The translations under genes were made by a program, and so were the position numbers. DNA of 64,000 bases from positions 131,006,001 to 131,070,000 of the forward strand of contig NC_082713.1 of NCBI RefSeq assembly GCF_030144855.1, read 5' to 3'. The number at the start of each line of letters is the position of its first letter. Within the stretch, counting starts at the first letter, position 1. Shown here in pieces: positions 25,356 through 36,355 of the stretch. The notes beneath the pieces are model-generated. The model had not been told where the DNA came from. It made no database searches and saw nothing but the letters and a program-made list of their open reading frames with translations. The stretch is from Hypanus sabinus. Taxonomy: Eukaryota.

Positions 25356-25814
25356 AGGTAGCGTCTCTGTAGATACATATGCCACTGTACAGACTGAGCA
25401 TTTTTGCAGCTTCTTTGACCGTAATAGAAAATGCTCCGCTTTATATGCACATAATCTTCCACATATTTCTACCCACTGCATTTTGATTTACCGCGAGCAG
25501 TTAAAATTTCACACTTGGGTCTGATAACTGCATGTAATGCCTGTACCTGGTTTATACATCAATAAATGTGACTGGTGTGAACAACATGACTTTGTAATTC
25601 ACTGTTCCTGTTAGGTGTTGAGTGGGTCCACCCCACTACAGGTTTTATCATAAACTTATATCTCTGTTACTGAGCCACTTGCAACATCCTGATTTACTTT
25701 TATGACTGAGCGTTCCAGAAGCATGCCAGATCTTGCTGCCTTGTCAGTCTACTCTTTGTTTCCTGCTTTAAATCAGTGAATAATGACTGCTGGTTTACTG
25801 ACAGTGAAAGAAAG

Positions 25815-26440
25815 ACTGGTGTTTATACATTAGCTTTCACATCATTAAGCACTTTACTAACCAAAGAAGTACTTGTAAAATCAAGCTGCTGATTCACTAT
25901 CAGAAACTTGGCAGCCAGTTCACGGTCAGCAAGCTCCCCCAAACACCAACGTGGTTAAAGTCAAATGATACGGCATGGTTAGCGCAATTGCTTTACAACG
26001 CCAGCAATTGCTGATTGGTGTTCGGTTGTCGCCGTGTGTTCTCTCCGTGACACACATGGATTTCCCCCTGATGTCCCAGCTTCCTCCCACATTCCAAAGA
26101 CGTACATCTAGGTTAGTAAGTTGTGGGCATGCTACGTGTTAAGGTCAGTCAGCTATGGCAATCCTTGCAGGCTGCCCCCAGCACAATATTCATTGACTTG
26201 ATTTGACACTATTCACTGTTTGTTTTGATGTTTCAATCTACATGTGTCAAATAATGTTAATCCTCTTTATTTGGGGCTAAACATCAGTCAGAACACCGTG
26301 TATAACAATACTGCTGTTTTCTGCTATTGTGTCCCGGGAGTGCAGATCGGGCTCTGAGTTAAAGTTTGATCTGAAAGACAATGAGTTCAAAACCCATGCA
26401 CACAATGTCAGAGAAGTAATGCTGGACTGTTGAAATCTGA
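25815..26440 (-). mobile_element. Deu-domain SINE remnant (SacSINE1/AmnSINE1-like) split by a younger SINE at about 25965-26260
   Basis: gcagatcgggctctgagttaaagtttgatctgaaagac resembles the rc of the Deu domain; aagcactttac..aagaagtactt..ggcagccagtt..cagcaagctccc resembles the rc of the 3' tail. The insert carries V-domain ttcctcccacattccaaagacgtac. Confidence 0.5.
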
Positions 26441-26569
26441 CATAACCTGTAATGGGAAGATTTTGAGCACGTTATGCTAAGTGGGATTTAGAATACGTGG
26501 TGATACTTGCAGGTTTCCCCAGTATATCCTTGGGTGTATTGGTTGTTAACATAAATGATGCATTTCATT

Positions 26570-26722
26570 CACAAAATGCTGGAGAAACTCAGTAGGTCAG
26601 GGAGCACCTATGGAAATGAATAAACAGTTGACGTTTCAGGCCAAGACCCTTCCTCAGTAGAGTTCCACTAGCATTTTGTCTATGTTGCTTTGGATTTCCA
26701 TCATCTGCAGACTTTATTGAGT
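26570..26722. mobile_element. Inverted pair of Penelope pLTR fragments
   Basis: Minus-oriented copy to 26657, then plus-oriented gagttccactagcattttg...catctgcagac. Confidence 0.75.
26625..26657 (-). ncRNA. Minimal type-I hammerhead ribozyme core in a Penelope pLTR (5' arm of stem I lost)
   Basis: Minus strand reads CTGAGGA-AGGGTCTTGGCCT-GAAAC-GTC-AACTG, i.e. CUGANGA / stem II / GAAA / GUC cleavage triplet. Confidence 0.6.
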
Positions 26723-27552
26723 TTATGGTGCATTACATTGTATGTTTCGATGTACATGGGATAAATAAATCTGAATTTGAACCTGGTAGCAACAATCCCC
26801 TGAATCTGCTAGAGTGTTTTTCTCCCTAAGGGCTGGTGGCACAAATTGCACACATTGCAGCTATAAACCGTGCAGATGAAATTTCCACATTTTACGTGAC
26901 CAAATAAAAAATAGGGCAGAGCTATTTCTAGGCCAATCAAAACAGTTGCAGACACCTAAATCAAAGCAGCCGGTTAGCCGGTCAGAGAAACTGCTTCTTT
27001 CCTTAGATCTTGCTTCACCTGCAAAGTTTTTTTACAGAATGTTCTATTTGTGTTTTTATATCATTATGGTTCAAATTTTCTTATCCTATAATACCTTTAC
27101 TATTAACAGCACATAACACAAACCCAGAGGCTTAGTGCACTGGTATCTGCCTGTATAAATCCATTTCAATTCATCCTATCACAGACATTTCCTTTTGTTC
27201 TGCACATCCCTCCCATACCTTCTTTTCTACTGAGAAATTAACTTGCATCTCTCTCTTGCTCAATTCTGACGAAGAGTCAGTAAACTCACTTGCTGCAGAT
27301 GCTTTTCCCAGCATCTTCTGTTCCAGTTCTAAAAAGATGTCCCTCCCTCTATCCTCACTGAATATAACTTGAACTCTGTACTATCCAGTGCAAAGACTCC
27401 TCCAATAGCAGCTAAAAGGAAACCAGAATCTGGATGAATTTGCTTGAAGTAGAAAATGTTCATCAAAGGAAATACTGCGCCAGTGGTGTATAGTGAAGAA
27501 CAAAGGAAGCCAGTACTATTTACTTACTTGGGGTGTTGTATGGTTCTTGGTC

Positions 27553-28072
27553 TATAGAGTCAGAGGATCATAGAAAAGTACAGCACAGAAACAGCCCCTT
27601 TGACCAATCTGAACCATGCCAAGCCATTTAAACTGCCTGGTCCCATCGACCTGCCCCCTGGCCCTGCCCTCCATGCCCCTCCCATCTATGTGCCTTTCTA
27701 AATTTCTCTTAAGTGTTGATATCAAGCTTGCATGCACCACTTGTGCTGGCAGCTCATTCCACACTTTCACAAACCTCTGAGTGAAGAAGTTTCCCCTCAT
27801 GGTCTCCTTCAACATTTCACCTTTCACCCTTAACCTGTGGCCTCTAGTTGTCCTACCCAACCTTAGTGGAAAAAGCCTGATTGTATTTACCCTTTCTATA
27901 CCCTTCATAATTTTTTATACCTCTATCAAATCCCTCCTCAATCTTCTATGTTCCAAGGAATAAAGTCCTAAACTATTCAATCTTTCCTTATAACTCAGGC
28001 CCTCCAGTCCCACCAATACCCTTGTAAATTTTCTTTGTATTCTTTCAATCTTATTTACATCTTTCCTGCAGG
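27553..28072 (-). mobile_element. CR1 LINE 3' end
   Basis: ORF 27552..27908(-) reads MKGIERVNTIRLFPLRLGRTTRGHRLRVKG...NFFTQRFVKVWNELP. Confidence 0.85.
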
Positions 28073-28085
28073 TATAGAAAGAGAA

Positions 28086-28349
28086 AGCGTGACCAAGTGG
28101 TTAAGGCACTCGTCTAGTTATATGAAGGTCACTAGTTTGAGCCTTGGCTGAGGCTTGCGTGTGTCTCCTTGAGCAAGGCACTTAACCACTGGTGCCAAGC
28201 TGTATGGGTCCTAATGCCCTTCCCTTGGACAACATCGGTGGCATGGAGAGGAGAGACTTGCAGCTTGTGCAACTGCCGGTCTTCCTTGCTCAGGCTTGCG
28301 CCCTGGAAACTTTCTATGGTCTTTCAAGACTAACAGAGGCCTACGCACC
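28086..28349 (+). mobile_element. tRNA-derived CORE-type SINE
   Basis: A-box gtgaccaagtggtt, B-box agtttgagcc, CORE-like tgtgtctccttgagcaaggcacttaacc; flanked by tatagaaagagaa (28073-28085) and tacagaaagagaa (28350-28362). Confidence 0.7.
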
Positions 28350-29814
28350 TACAGAAAGAGAAGAACACAAAGACTTGGTTAGAAAGCAGAGAAGCCAAGG
28401 CCACGATGCCTGAGCTTTTCCAGCAGGAAATGGGGTGATGGGACTCTGCTGAGGGTTGGTATAGACTCAGTGGGCCAATTGGCCTCCTTCCATGCTATTA
28501 AGAAAATAGGATGATATAAGGGTCATGTGTGTTGGAGTTTATTAGATACAAAGACAGCCAAAGGAACCCCCGATGATCAAACCAATAGAAGTGTTCAGAT
28601 CCATAGCTATACTTCAGAAACTGCAAATTGAAAAATGCTTAATTACAACTTTGTATACAACTGTACAATGAAATGTCAATGACCAATATTTTAAAAACAA
28701 TAAGTAATACAGGGATCTAGTTTAACATAACAGAAGATACATAATTTGGAGCATTATATATATCTTTCTTCATAGTTTAGTACTGTAGTGGCTGAAGAAT
28801 TTCAATGGATTCATCCATCTTGCTGCCCGTTGCTCCATATCACTGTGTGTGCTTGAGACCAAACGTGTATCCTCACATGTAAACTGAACAACTCCCTGAG
28901 AGATCTACCTTTGACTTCTCAGGATTCTGACATACAGGAACATAGAGGCAAGAGGCAATTCTGAGCAAATGAAGTCCTTTACTCTGTGTCTCTTTAGTAA
29001 TATATTGTGAATGCCGATCTTTATTTCTCCACATTTTCAGTGCTTTTCCCTGAAGACTTGTCAAGTACCATTCCCAGGTCCAGAGTATTCAGTGTACAAT
29101 GTGTGCATACTATCCACTTCCAGCCATTATTCAAACACGATGCATTACAATGCATCTGCAGCCCTTGCGCTCACGTTTCCTAGTATCAACAGCAAACCCA
29201 ACTTCTTCATCTGGTTTGCTAATAACGTTAATAAAGAGCAAGTGACCCAATTCATGTTCCTGTGGAGTATCACTGGTGCCTGTCCCAAACTGATCCAAAT
29301 CTGTTCACCAGGCCCCATAACATCAGATCTTCGTAGAATATTGTCCCAGGGACATTTACCTAGTAACAATCACTTCCTCTTGCTTGTTAAAGGGCCAATA
29401 AGTCCATTTGCTTGGTGACGTCAGATAGATTTGTTGAGGTTAACCCCTCAGCCTGAGGGCATCTGCAGCACTACTTTTACACACTAACCCATATGCCTTG
29501 ATTCCCTTAATATCCAAAAATCCATCCCAGACTGTTCCAGCTGTTAAACTTGTTCTAATCTTGAACCACGTTTCACATATTTAATGTAGTTGAAAAGTGT
29601 TGTCATAGCTGCTCTGCGATAATGCTATGAATGATTGACAGACCCACATTGCGGTTAAGGCATATCTTCTAATAACCCTGCTGGAGTTGTGGTGTTGATC
29701 CCTTGGAATGTTGCTTTGTTCAGTGTGTTAACCCCTTGTTGTTTCAAGTTCTAAAGTGCAAAATCTGAGACTGTGCAACCGAAATAAAGGGGCTGTCAGT
29801 GAGTAAACAGAGTA

Positions 29815-30170
29815 CAGGTCCTCCCTGGATTGTGACACCTGACTTACGAATACGCCACACATACCATTGACAGTTTGGGAGATCAGTGAGTCGCAGGCCT
29901 TTTTTTGCCAGTAGCAGGACACTTCTACATGATTTCACTCCCCATCCCCTGCACTCCATCTCTAAGGCCACAACAAATGGAGGGTCGGTAGAGCCGAGCA
30001 GAGCTGGGAATGCTGAGCAGATTCGTTCACCTAACAGGTCCGTGAGGCCAGCCGGTGCCTGATTGCTCTCCCGTTGTTGCTGTTTCTGTGATCCTCTCCC
30101 ACACACTGTTGTGGTTCATTTCTGACTTACGAATAGTTTGTGTTATTAAAAGTTCTCCGGCAGTCTCAGC
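29815..30170. mobile_element. Possible Tigger-type MITE remnant
   Basis: ta-caggtcctccc end and a repeated subterminal ctgacttacgaata (about 29839 and 30122). The right TIR was not resolved. Confidence 0.35.
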
Positions 30171-30384
30171 GACTGTCTACTTCATAACGGCTGCCTTATT
30201 GTCCATGAGAGTGATAAGCAGCCAGAAGACATAACTTCAATGCTGAAGGTACAGAGATCAGTGACATGGAATGTTTTCCCATGTATAATACATTATACAT
30301 ATAATGCAACATGCCTCTAGGAAATAACAAGACTAATAGTGATCTGAGCCACTGAGAGACAGCTTCATAAAGCAAAATAAAACA

Positions 30385-30665
30385 GCAGTTGCTAGAAATA
30401 TGAAATAAAAACAGAAAATCCTGAAAATAATAAACACAAGAGATTATGATGCTGAAAATTTATATCAACTGACACAAAATGCTGGAGGAACTCAACAGGT
30501 CAGGCAGCATCTATGGAAATGAATCAACAGTCGACATTTTCAGTAGAGGCCCTTTCTCAGGACTGGAAAGGAAGGGGAAAGACACTAGAAATCTTGAAAA
30601 TACTCAGTAGGTCAGGCAGCACCTGTGGAAGGAAACAGAGCTAACATTTCAGGTCATTTATCAGA
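30385..30665 (-). mobile_element. Penelope pLTR fragment nested in an older pLTR fragment
   Basis: Inner copy at about 30430-30588 is flanked by aaatcctgaaaata / aaatcttgaaaata. Its minus strand reads CAGTC-CTGAGAA-AGGGCCTCTACT-GAAAAT-GTC-GACTG. Confidence 0.65.
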
Positions 30666-32003
30666 GCATCAGAATTGATACAGCTTCATGTACTTTCGAG
30701 AAGTTGTAAATGAACTTATTACCACTTTTCTGAAGCATTTGGGTTTTTTTTGCTGTCTTTGGGGGAGTCCGCAACTTTAAACTCCTTGGTGTTATCATCT
30801 CAAAGGATCTATCCTGGGTCCAGCACTAAGTAGCATTATAAAGAAGACATGGCAGTGTGAAGGAAACACTCAAGTGACAGCATATTCAGATTCAGATAAG
30901 GATCTGGACCCATTGCAATTTGCCTGTCACCACAATAGGTCAACAGTAGACGCAATCTCAATGGCTCTCCACACGGCTTTAGATCCCCTGGGCAACACAA
31001 ACACCTACATCAGGATGCTGTTCATCAACTATAGCTCAGCATTTAAACCATCATTCCCACAATCCTGATTGAGAAGTTGCAAAACCTGGGCCTCCGTACC
31101 TCCTTCTGCAATTGGATCCTCAACTTCCTAACCGGAAGACCACTTTCTGTGTGGATCGGTGATAACATCTCCTCCTTGCTGATGATCAACACTGGTGCAC
31201 CGCAGGGGTGTGTGCTTAGCCCACTGCTCTACTCTCTATATATACATGACTGTGTGGCTAGGCATAGCTCAAATACCACCTACAAATTTGCTGACGAGAC
31301 AACCACTGTTGGTAGAATCTCAGGTGGTGACGAGAGGGTGTACAGGAAGTGAAATATGCTAACTAGTGGAACGGTGCCGCAGCAACAACCTGGCACTCAA
31401 TGTAAGTAAGACGAAAGAGCTGATTGTGGACTTCAGGAAGGGTAAGACGAAGGAACACATACCAATCCTCGTAGAGGGACCAGAAGTGGAGAGAGGGAGC
31501 AGTCTCAAGTTCCTGGGTGTCAAAATCTCTGAGGATCTAACCTGGTCCCAACATATCGAAGTAGTTATAAAGAAAACAAAACAGCACTATACTTCATTAG
31601 GAGTTTAAAGAGACTTGACATGTCAACAAATACACTCAAAAACTTCTATAGTTGTACAGTGGAGAGCATTCTGACGGGCTGCATCACTGTCTGGTATGGA
31701 GGGGCTACTACACAGGACCGAAAGAAGCAGCGGAAGGTTATAAAGCTAGTCAGCTCCACCTTGGGTACTAGCGTACAAAGTACCCAGGACATCTTTAGGG
31801 AACAGTGTCTCAGAAAGGCAGCATCCATTATTAAGGACATACACCACCCAACGCATGCCCTTTTCTCATTGTTACTATCAGGTAGGAGGTACAGTAGCCT
31901 GAAGGCACCCACTCAGCGATTCAGGAACAGCTTCTTCCCCTCTGTCATCTGATTCCTAAATTTATTCAATATATGTATACTGTAATTGATTTATTTATTT
32001 ATT

Positions 32004-32218
32004 TGTAGCGATGTGCTACACACAGCGCTGAAATAACGACACACAGTTAGTAAGTCGTTTCGAGACTAGTTTATTCAAACTTCGCGGCGCTGGCATTTAA
32101 ATCCTTAAAGCCCGCCCTCTCCGGGCGGAAATGACATTGGAGGTGCATTACCAAAGACTCCCCCCACACGCTGGCTATTTGTGAGCTGGTTCACCTGTGC
32201 AGAAAGTGGTTCGCCACA
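32004..32218 (-). repeat. 3' LTR (215 bp)
   Basis: tgtagcgatg...tcgccaca; AATAAA on the minus strand (gtttattc); adjacent PPT. Confidence 0.95.
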
Positions 32219-32220
32219 TA

Positions 32221-32230
32221 ACCCCCCCCA
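32221..32230 (-). promoter_or_regulatory. Polypurine tract
   Basis: Minus strand reads TGGGGGGGGT-TA immediately before the 3' LTR. Confidence 0.85.
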
Positions 32231-32241
32231 GAACCGGCGAT

Positions 32242-33310
32242 TCACCCCCCAATGTCCACAGTCTGGATCAGCCTCTGTTTGGGAGGTCTGCCTCTGCGGC
32301 GCGGTGTCTGAACCTCGACCGGCTGCGCCAAGTCCACATGGGCTGGTTTGAGTCGGTCCACTGTGAAAACCTCCTCTCTCCCCCCATGTCCAGAACGTAA
32401 GTGGACCCGTTGTTGTTGATCACCTTGAATTGCCCCTTGTACAGCCGCTGTAGCGGCGCCCGGAGTCCGCCCTTTCATACAAACACAAACTTACAGTTTT
32501 GCAGGTCTTTGGGTACATGGGTCGGGGTCCGTCCGTGCTGTGAAGTCGGTACGGGGCTAGGTTGCCGAGCCTTTCATGTAGCCTGTCCAGGACTGCTGCG
32601 GGTTCTTCCTCTTGCCCCCTTGGGGCTGGTATGAACTCTCCCAGGACGGCCAGGGGCGCACGGTATACCAACTCGGCCAACGAGGCGTGCAGATCCTCTT
32701 TGGGCACTGTACGAATTCCAAGCAGGACCCAGGGAAGCTCGTCCACCCGGTTAGGTCCTCTCAGGCGGGCCATGAGAGCCGACTTCAAGTGACGGTGGAA
32801 GCGTTCCACTAGTCCGTTCGACTGTGGATGGTAGGTAGTAGTGTGGTGCAGCTGCGTTCCCAACAGGCTGGCCACAGCTGACCACAGGCTGGAGGTGAAC
32901 TGGGCACCTCTGTCGGAGGTAATGTGGGCCGGTACCCCGAAGCGTGCTACCCAGGTTGCGATCAGTGCTCGGGCGCAGGAATCGGCAGATGTGTCGGTGA
33001 GTGGGACCGCCTCTGGCCACCTCGTGAACTGGTCTACCATAGTTAGGAGCAACTGCGCTCCTTGGGACACTGGTAGGGGGCCCACGATATCCACATGAAT
33101 ATGGTCGAACCTCCGGTAGGTGGGTTCGAACTGCTGCGGCGGGGCTTTAGTGTGCCGCTGCACCTTGGCTGTTTGGCACTGCGCGCACGTTCTGACCCAT
33201 TCACTGACCTGCTTGCGAAGTCCATGCCACGCGAACTTGCTGGAGACCAGCTGGATGGTTGTCCTGATAGATGGGTGCGCCAAACCATGTATGGAGTCGA
33301 AAACTCACCG
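32242..33310 (-). pseudogene. Gypsy integrase (frameshifted near the C-terminus)
   Basis: HGLAHP...CAQC zinc-binding motif; HIHVDIVGPLP, ITSDRGAQFTS, HPQSNGLVERFH (D,D35E); C-terminal VFTVDRLKPAH. Confidence 0.9.
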
Positions 33311-34020
33311 CCTCCAGGCTGCCGGGACGATGGGGCGAGGTTGGCTGGTAGCCACATCGCACAGGAGGGTCCTCTCACCTGGGCCTACGAGAAAGTCCTG
33401 CAGCTGCAAACCCGAGACTGCACTCCTGTAGCTGGGCATCTCGTCGTCTGCCTGCTGCGCCTCCGCCAGTGCTGCATAGTCCACCCCCAGGGACAGGGCC
33501 TGGTCAGCTGGTCTGGAGAGTGTGTCCGCCACGACATTGTCCTTTCCCGAGACATGCTGGATGTCAGTCGTGTACTCGGAGATGTAGGACAGATGTCGCT
33601 GCTGGTGAACCGACCAGGGATCGGACACCTTCGTGAACGCGAAGGTCAACGGTTTGTGGTCTGTGAACACAGTGAACGGCCTGTCTTCTAAGAAGTACCT
33701 GAAATGCCGGATTGCCAGATACAGTGCCAACAGCTCCCGGTCGAAGGCACTGTACTTGAGTTCAGGTGATCGTAGGTGTTTGCTGAAGAATGCCAGGGGT
33801 AGCCAGTGCCCCTCAATGAGCTGCTCCAGCACCCCACTGACTGCTGTGTCGGATGCGTCCACTGTGAGGGCAGTCGGGACATCCGTTCTGGGGTGCACCA
33901 GCATTGCGGCATCTGCCAAGGCTTCCTTAGCTTTAACGAAAGCGGCCGCGGCCTCCTCGTCCCAAGTAATGTCCTTGCCTTTACCCGACATCAGGGTGTA
34001 CAAACGGCGCATGATACAGG
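33305..34020 (-). pseudogene. Gypsy RT connection and RNase H
   Basis: LTVDASDTAVSGVLEQ, FFSKHL, YSAFDRELLALY, FTDHKPL, GKDNVVADTLSR. Confidence 0.9.
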
Positions 34021-35260
34021 CGCTGAGGGGAGGAGACGGTGGTAGAAGTTCACCATACCAATGCACTCCTGCAGGCCTTTGACCACGTTGGGCCGGGCAA
34101 AGTGGCGGATCGAGTCTACCTTGGCGGGCAGAGGTGTTGCCCCATCTTTGGCAATCCTGTGGCCCAGGAAGTCGATGGTATCGAGACCGAACTGGCATTT
34201 AGCCGGGTTGATCGTGAACCCGAAATCACTCAGGCAAGAGTAGAGCTGGCAGAGGTGAGACAGATGCTCCTGACGACAACTGCTGGCTATTAGGATATCG
34301 TCCAAATAGATGAACGCAAAGTCCAGGTCGCGTCTCACCGCGTCCATTAGCCGCTGGAATATCTGTGCGGCATTCTTTAAGCTGAACGGCATTTGGAGGA
34401 ACTCGAACCGGGTGATGAGTGCTGTTTTGTGGATGTCTTCAGTGTGCACCGGGATTTGATGGTATCCCCGGATGAGGTCCACTTTGGAAAAGATTCTTGC
34501 CCTGTGCAGGTTTGCTGCAAAGTCCTGTATGTGCGGCACGGGGTAGCGGTCTGGAGTTGTAGCCTCATTCAGACTGCAGTAGTCGCCGCATGGTCTCCAA
34601 CCCCCGGCTGCTTTGGGCACCATGTGCAGGGGGGAGGCCCATGGGCTGTACGACCTCCATACGATCCCCAGTTCCTCCATCCTCTTGAACTCCTCCTTCG
34701 CCAGGTGGAGCTTTTCCGGGGGGAGCCTTCGTGCGCAGGCATGGAGGGGTGGTCCCTGGGTCGGAATGTGGTGCTGTACCCCGCATCTGGGCACAGCTGC
34801 AGTGAACTGCGGTGCCTGAATCAATGGAAAGTCCACCAAGATTCTGGTGAATTCATTGTCCGACAGCGTGATGGAGTCCAGGTGTGGGGCCAGCAACTTG
34901 ACTTCACCCAGGGGGAATGTCTGGAAAGTCTCGGCATGTACCAGTCTTTTCCCTTGCAAGTCAACCAGCAGGTTGTGAGCTCGCAAGAAGTCTACCCCCA
35001 GGAGTGGTTGGGCCACGGTGGCCAGTGTGAAGTCCCACATGAACCAGCTGGCGCTGAACTGCAGCTGCACTGTGCGGGTGCGTAGGTCTGTATTGTGCTG
35101 CTGTTTGCGGCCCTCAGGGTGGGTCCTGGCGTCCTGTTGTGGGTGTTGTACCCCATCGGGGGCAAGATGCTGATCTCCGCTCCAGTGTCGACCAAGAAGC
35201 AGCGTCCCAACTGTTAGTCCCAGACGTACAAGAGGCTGTCCTGGTGGCCAGCCGCCATAG
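34020..35260 (-). pseudogene. Gypsy protease and reverse transcriptase (with stop and frameshifts)
   Basis: FLVDTGAEISILP, LLGVDFL, SPWASPLHMVPK, WRPCGDY, FSKVDLIRGYHQIPV, MPFSLKNA, YLDDILI. Confidence 0.92.
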
Positions 35261-35284
35261 TCATTAGCGGCAGCTGGCCCTGGC

Positions 35285-35926
35285 CCTTGCAGGGTGGGCG
35301 ACAACGGCGGGCTTTTGTGCCTCACTGCTGGTGGTAGAAACACCACCGTTCGCTGGCCTCCTCACTCCTGCCTCTGTGTTATGTGTGCCCCCCTGCCGGG
35401 CCTGGTCTGGTCCGCTGTTGGCGCGTGGCCTGGTAATCTGACCGACGGACGCCACACTCTCCCTCTTGGCTTTCCACAGCACGTCTGTCCTGGCCGCCAC
35501 CTTCCGGGGGTCGCTGAAATCTGCGTCGGCCAGCAGCAGATGTATGTCCTCGGGCAGTTGCTCTAGGAACGCTTGCTTGAACATGAGGCAGGGCTTGTGT
35601 CTGTCAGCCAGGGACAGCATCTCATTCATCAGTGCTGATGGCAGTCTGCCTCCCAAACCGTCCAGGTGAAGCAGGCGGGCACCAATGAGCAGCGCCTTGA
35701 ATGCTTCATATTTGCCTTCTTCCGTTGGCGACTGTATGAAATCCGCAACCTGGGCAGACGTCTCCTGGTCAAGGGCGCTCACCATGTGGTAGTAATGTGT
35801 GGAATCAGAGGATATCTGCCGAATCTGGAACTGGGCTTCTGCTTGGCTGAACCACACGCGTGGTTGCAGTGTCCAGAAAGTCGGCAGTTTTAGCGAAACT
35901 GCGTGAACAGATGAAGAGTCGGTCAT
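35285..35926 (-). pseudogene. Gag with CHCC knuckle (frameshifted, one TGA)
   Basis: MTDSSSVHAVSLKLPTFWTLQPRVWFSQAEAQF...FLEQLP; a shifted frame at about 35343-35288 gives WCFYHQQ*GTKARRCRPPC = C-X2-H-X9-C-X3-C. Confidence 0.88.
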
Positions 35927-35950
35927 CTTTGGTCCAAATCCCATTTGGAC

Positions 35951-35964
35951 CGTCGGGGTCACCA
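35951..35964 (-). promoter_or_regulatory. Primer-binding site, tRNA-Trp
   Basis: Minus strand TGGTGACCCCGACG, 1 nt after the 5' LTR, equals the first 14 nt of the canonical tRNA-Trp PBS TGGTGACCCCGACGTGAT. Confidence 0.9.
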
Positions 35965-35965
35965 A

Positions 35966-36179
35966 TGTAGCGATGTGCTACACACAGCACTGAAATAACG
36001 ACACGCAGTCGGTAAGTCGTTTCGAGACTAGTTTATTCAAACTTCGTGGCGCTGGCATTTAAATCCCTAGCGCCCGCCCTCTCCGAGTGGAAATGACGTC
36101 GGAGGTGCATTACCAAAGTCTCCTCCCGCACGCTGGCTACTTATGAGCTGGTTTGCCTGCCAGATAGTGGGTCGCCACA
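35966..36179 (-). repeat. 5' LTR (214 bp)
   Basis: About 22 substitutions and 1 indel versus the 3' LTR by manual count (about 10%), many at CpG sites. Confidence 0.95.
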
Positions 36180-36324
36180 TATTATTATTTTTCTCCTCTA
36201 TATTATGTATTGTACTGAACTGCTGCTGCTAAATTAACAAATTTCACGTCACATGCCTGTGATAATAAACCTGATTCTGATTTAAGGATATGTTTAACAA
36301 TCCTTCACTTTTGTTTTCGACTTT

Positions 36325-36355
36325 CTAATGCTTACACTTGTTATTTCAGGTGAGT
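36325..36355 (+). promoter_or_regulatory. Candidate recursive splice site (branch point, pyrimidine tract, CAG|GTGAGT)
   Basis: ttctaatgcttacacttgttatttcag|gtgagt with AG at 36348-36349 and no intervening AG. Confidence 0.4.

Larger units (their letters stand above)
32004..36179 (-). mobile_element. Near-complete Ty3/Gypsy LTR retrotransposon, CsRn1/Kabuki-like clade, decayed
   Basis: Two TG..CA LTRs, 4-bp TSD TATT (32000-32003 / 36180-36183), PBS, PPT, and domain order gag-PR-RT-RH-IN. Confidence 0.97.
30897..36289 (+). mobile_element. Rex1/Babar LINE (30897-32003 and 36180-36283), split by a Gypsy insertion in its 3' UTR
   Basis: [15 protein letters not shown]; [24 protein letters not shown]; SKTKELIVDFRK; FRNSFFP. 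The UTR resumes after the LTR and ends gtgataataaacctgattctgatt. Possible TSD taaggat (30897-30903 / 36283-36289). Confidence 0.9.

Noticed and set aside
29011-29418. 135-aa ORF on the plus strand and an overlapping 74-aa minus ORF
   Set aside because: No domain signature. A TGACGTCA site nearby is expected by chance in 64 kb.
33095-35085. Long + strand ORFs (198, 149 and 230 aa) inside the Gypsy element
   Set aside because: Antisense shadows of a GC-rich pol gene.
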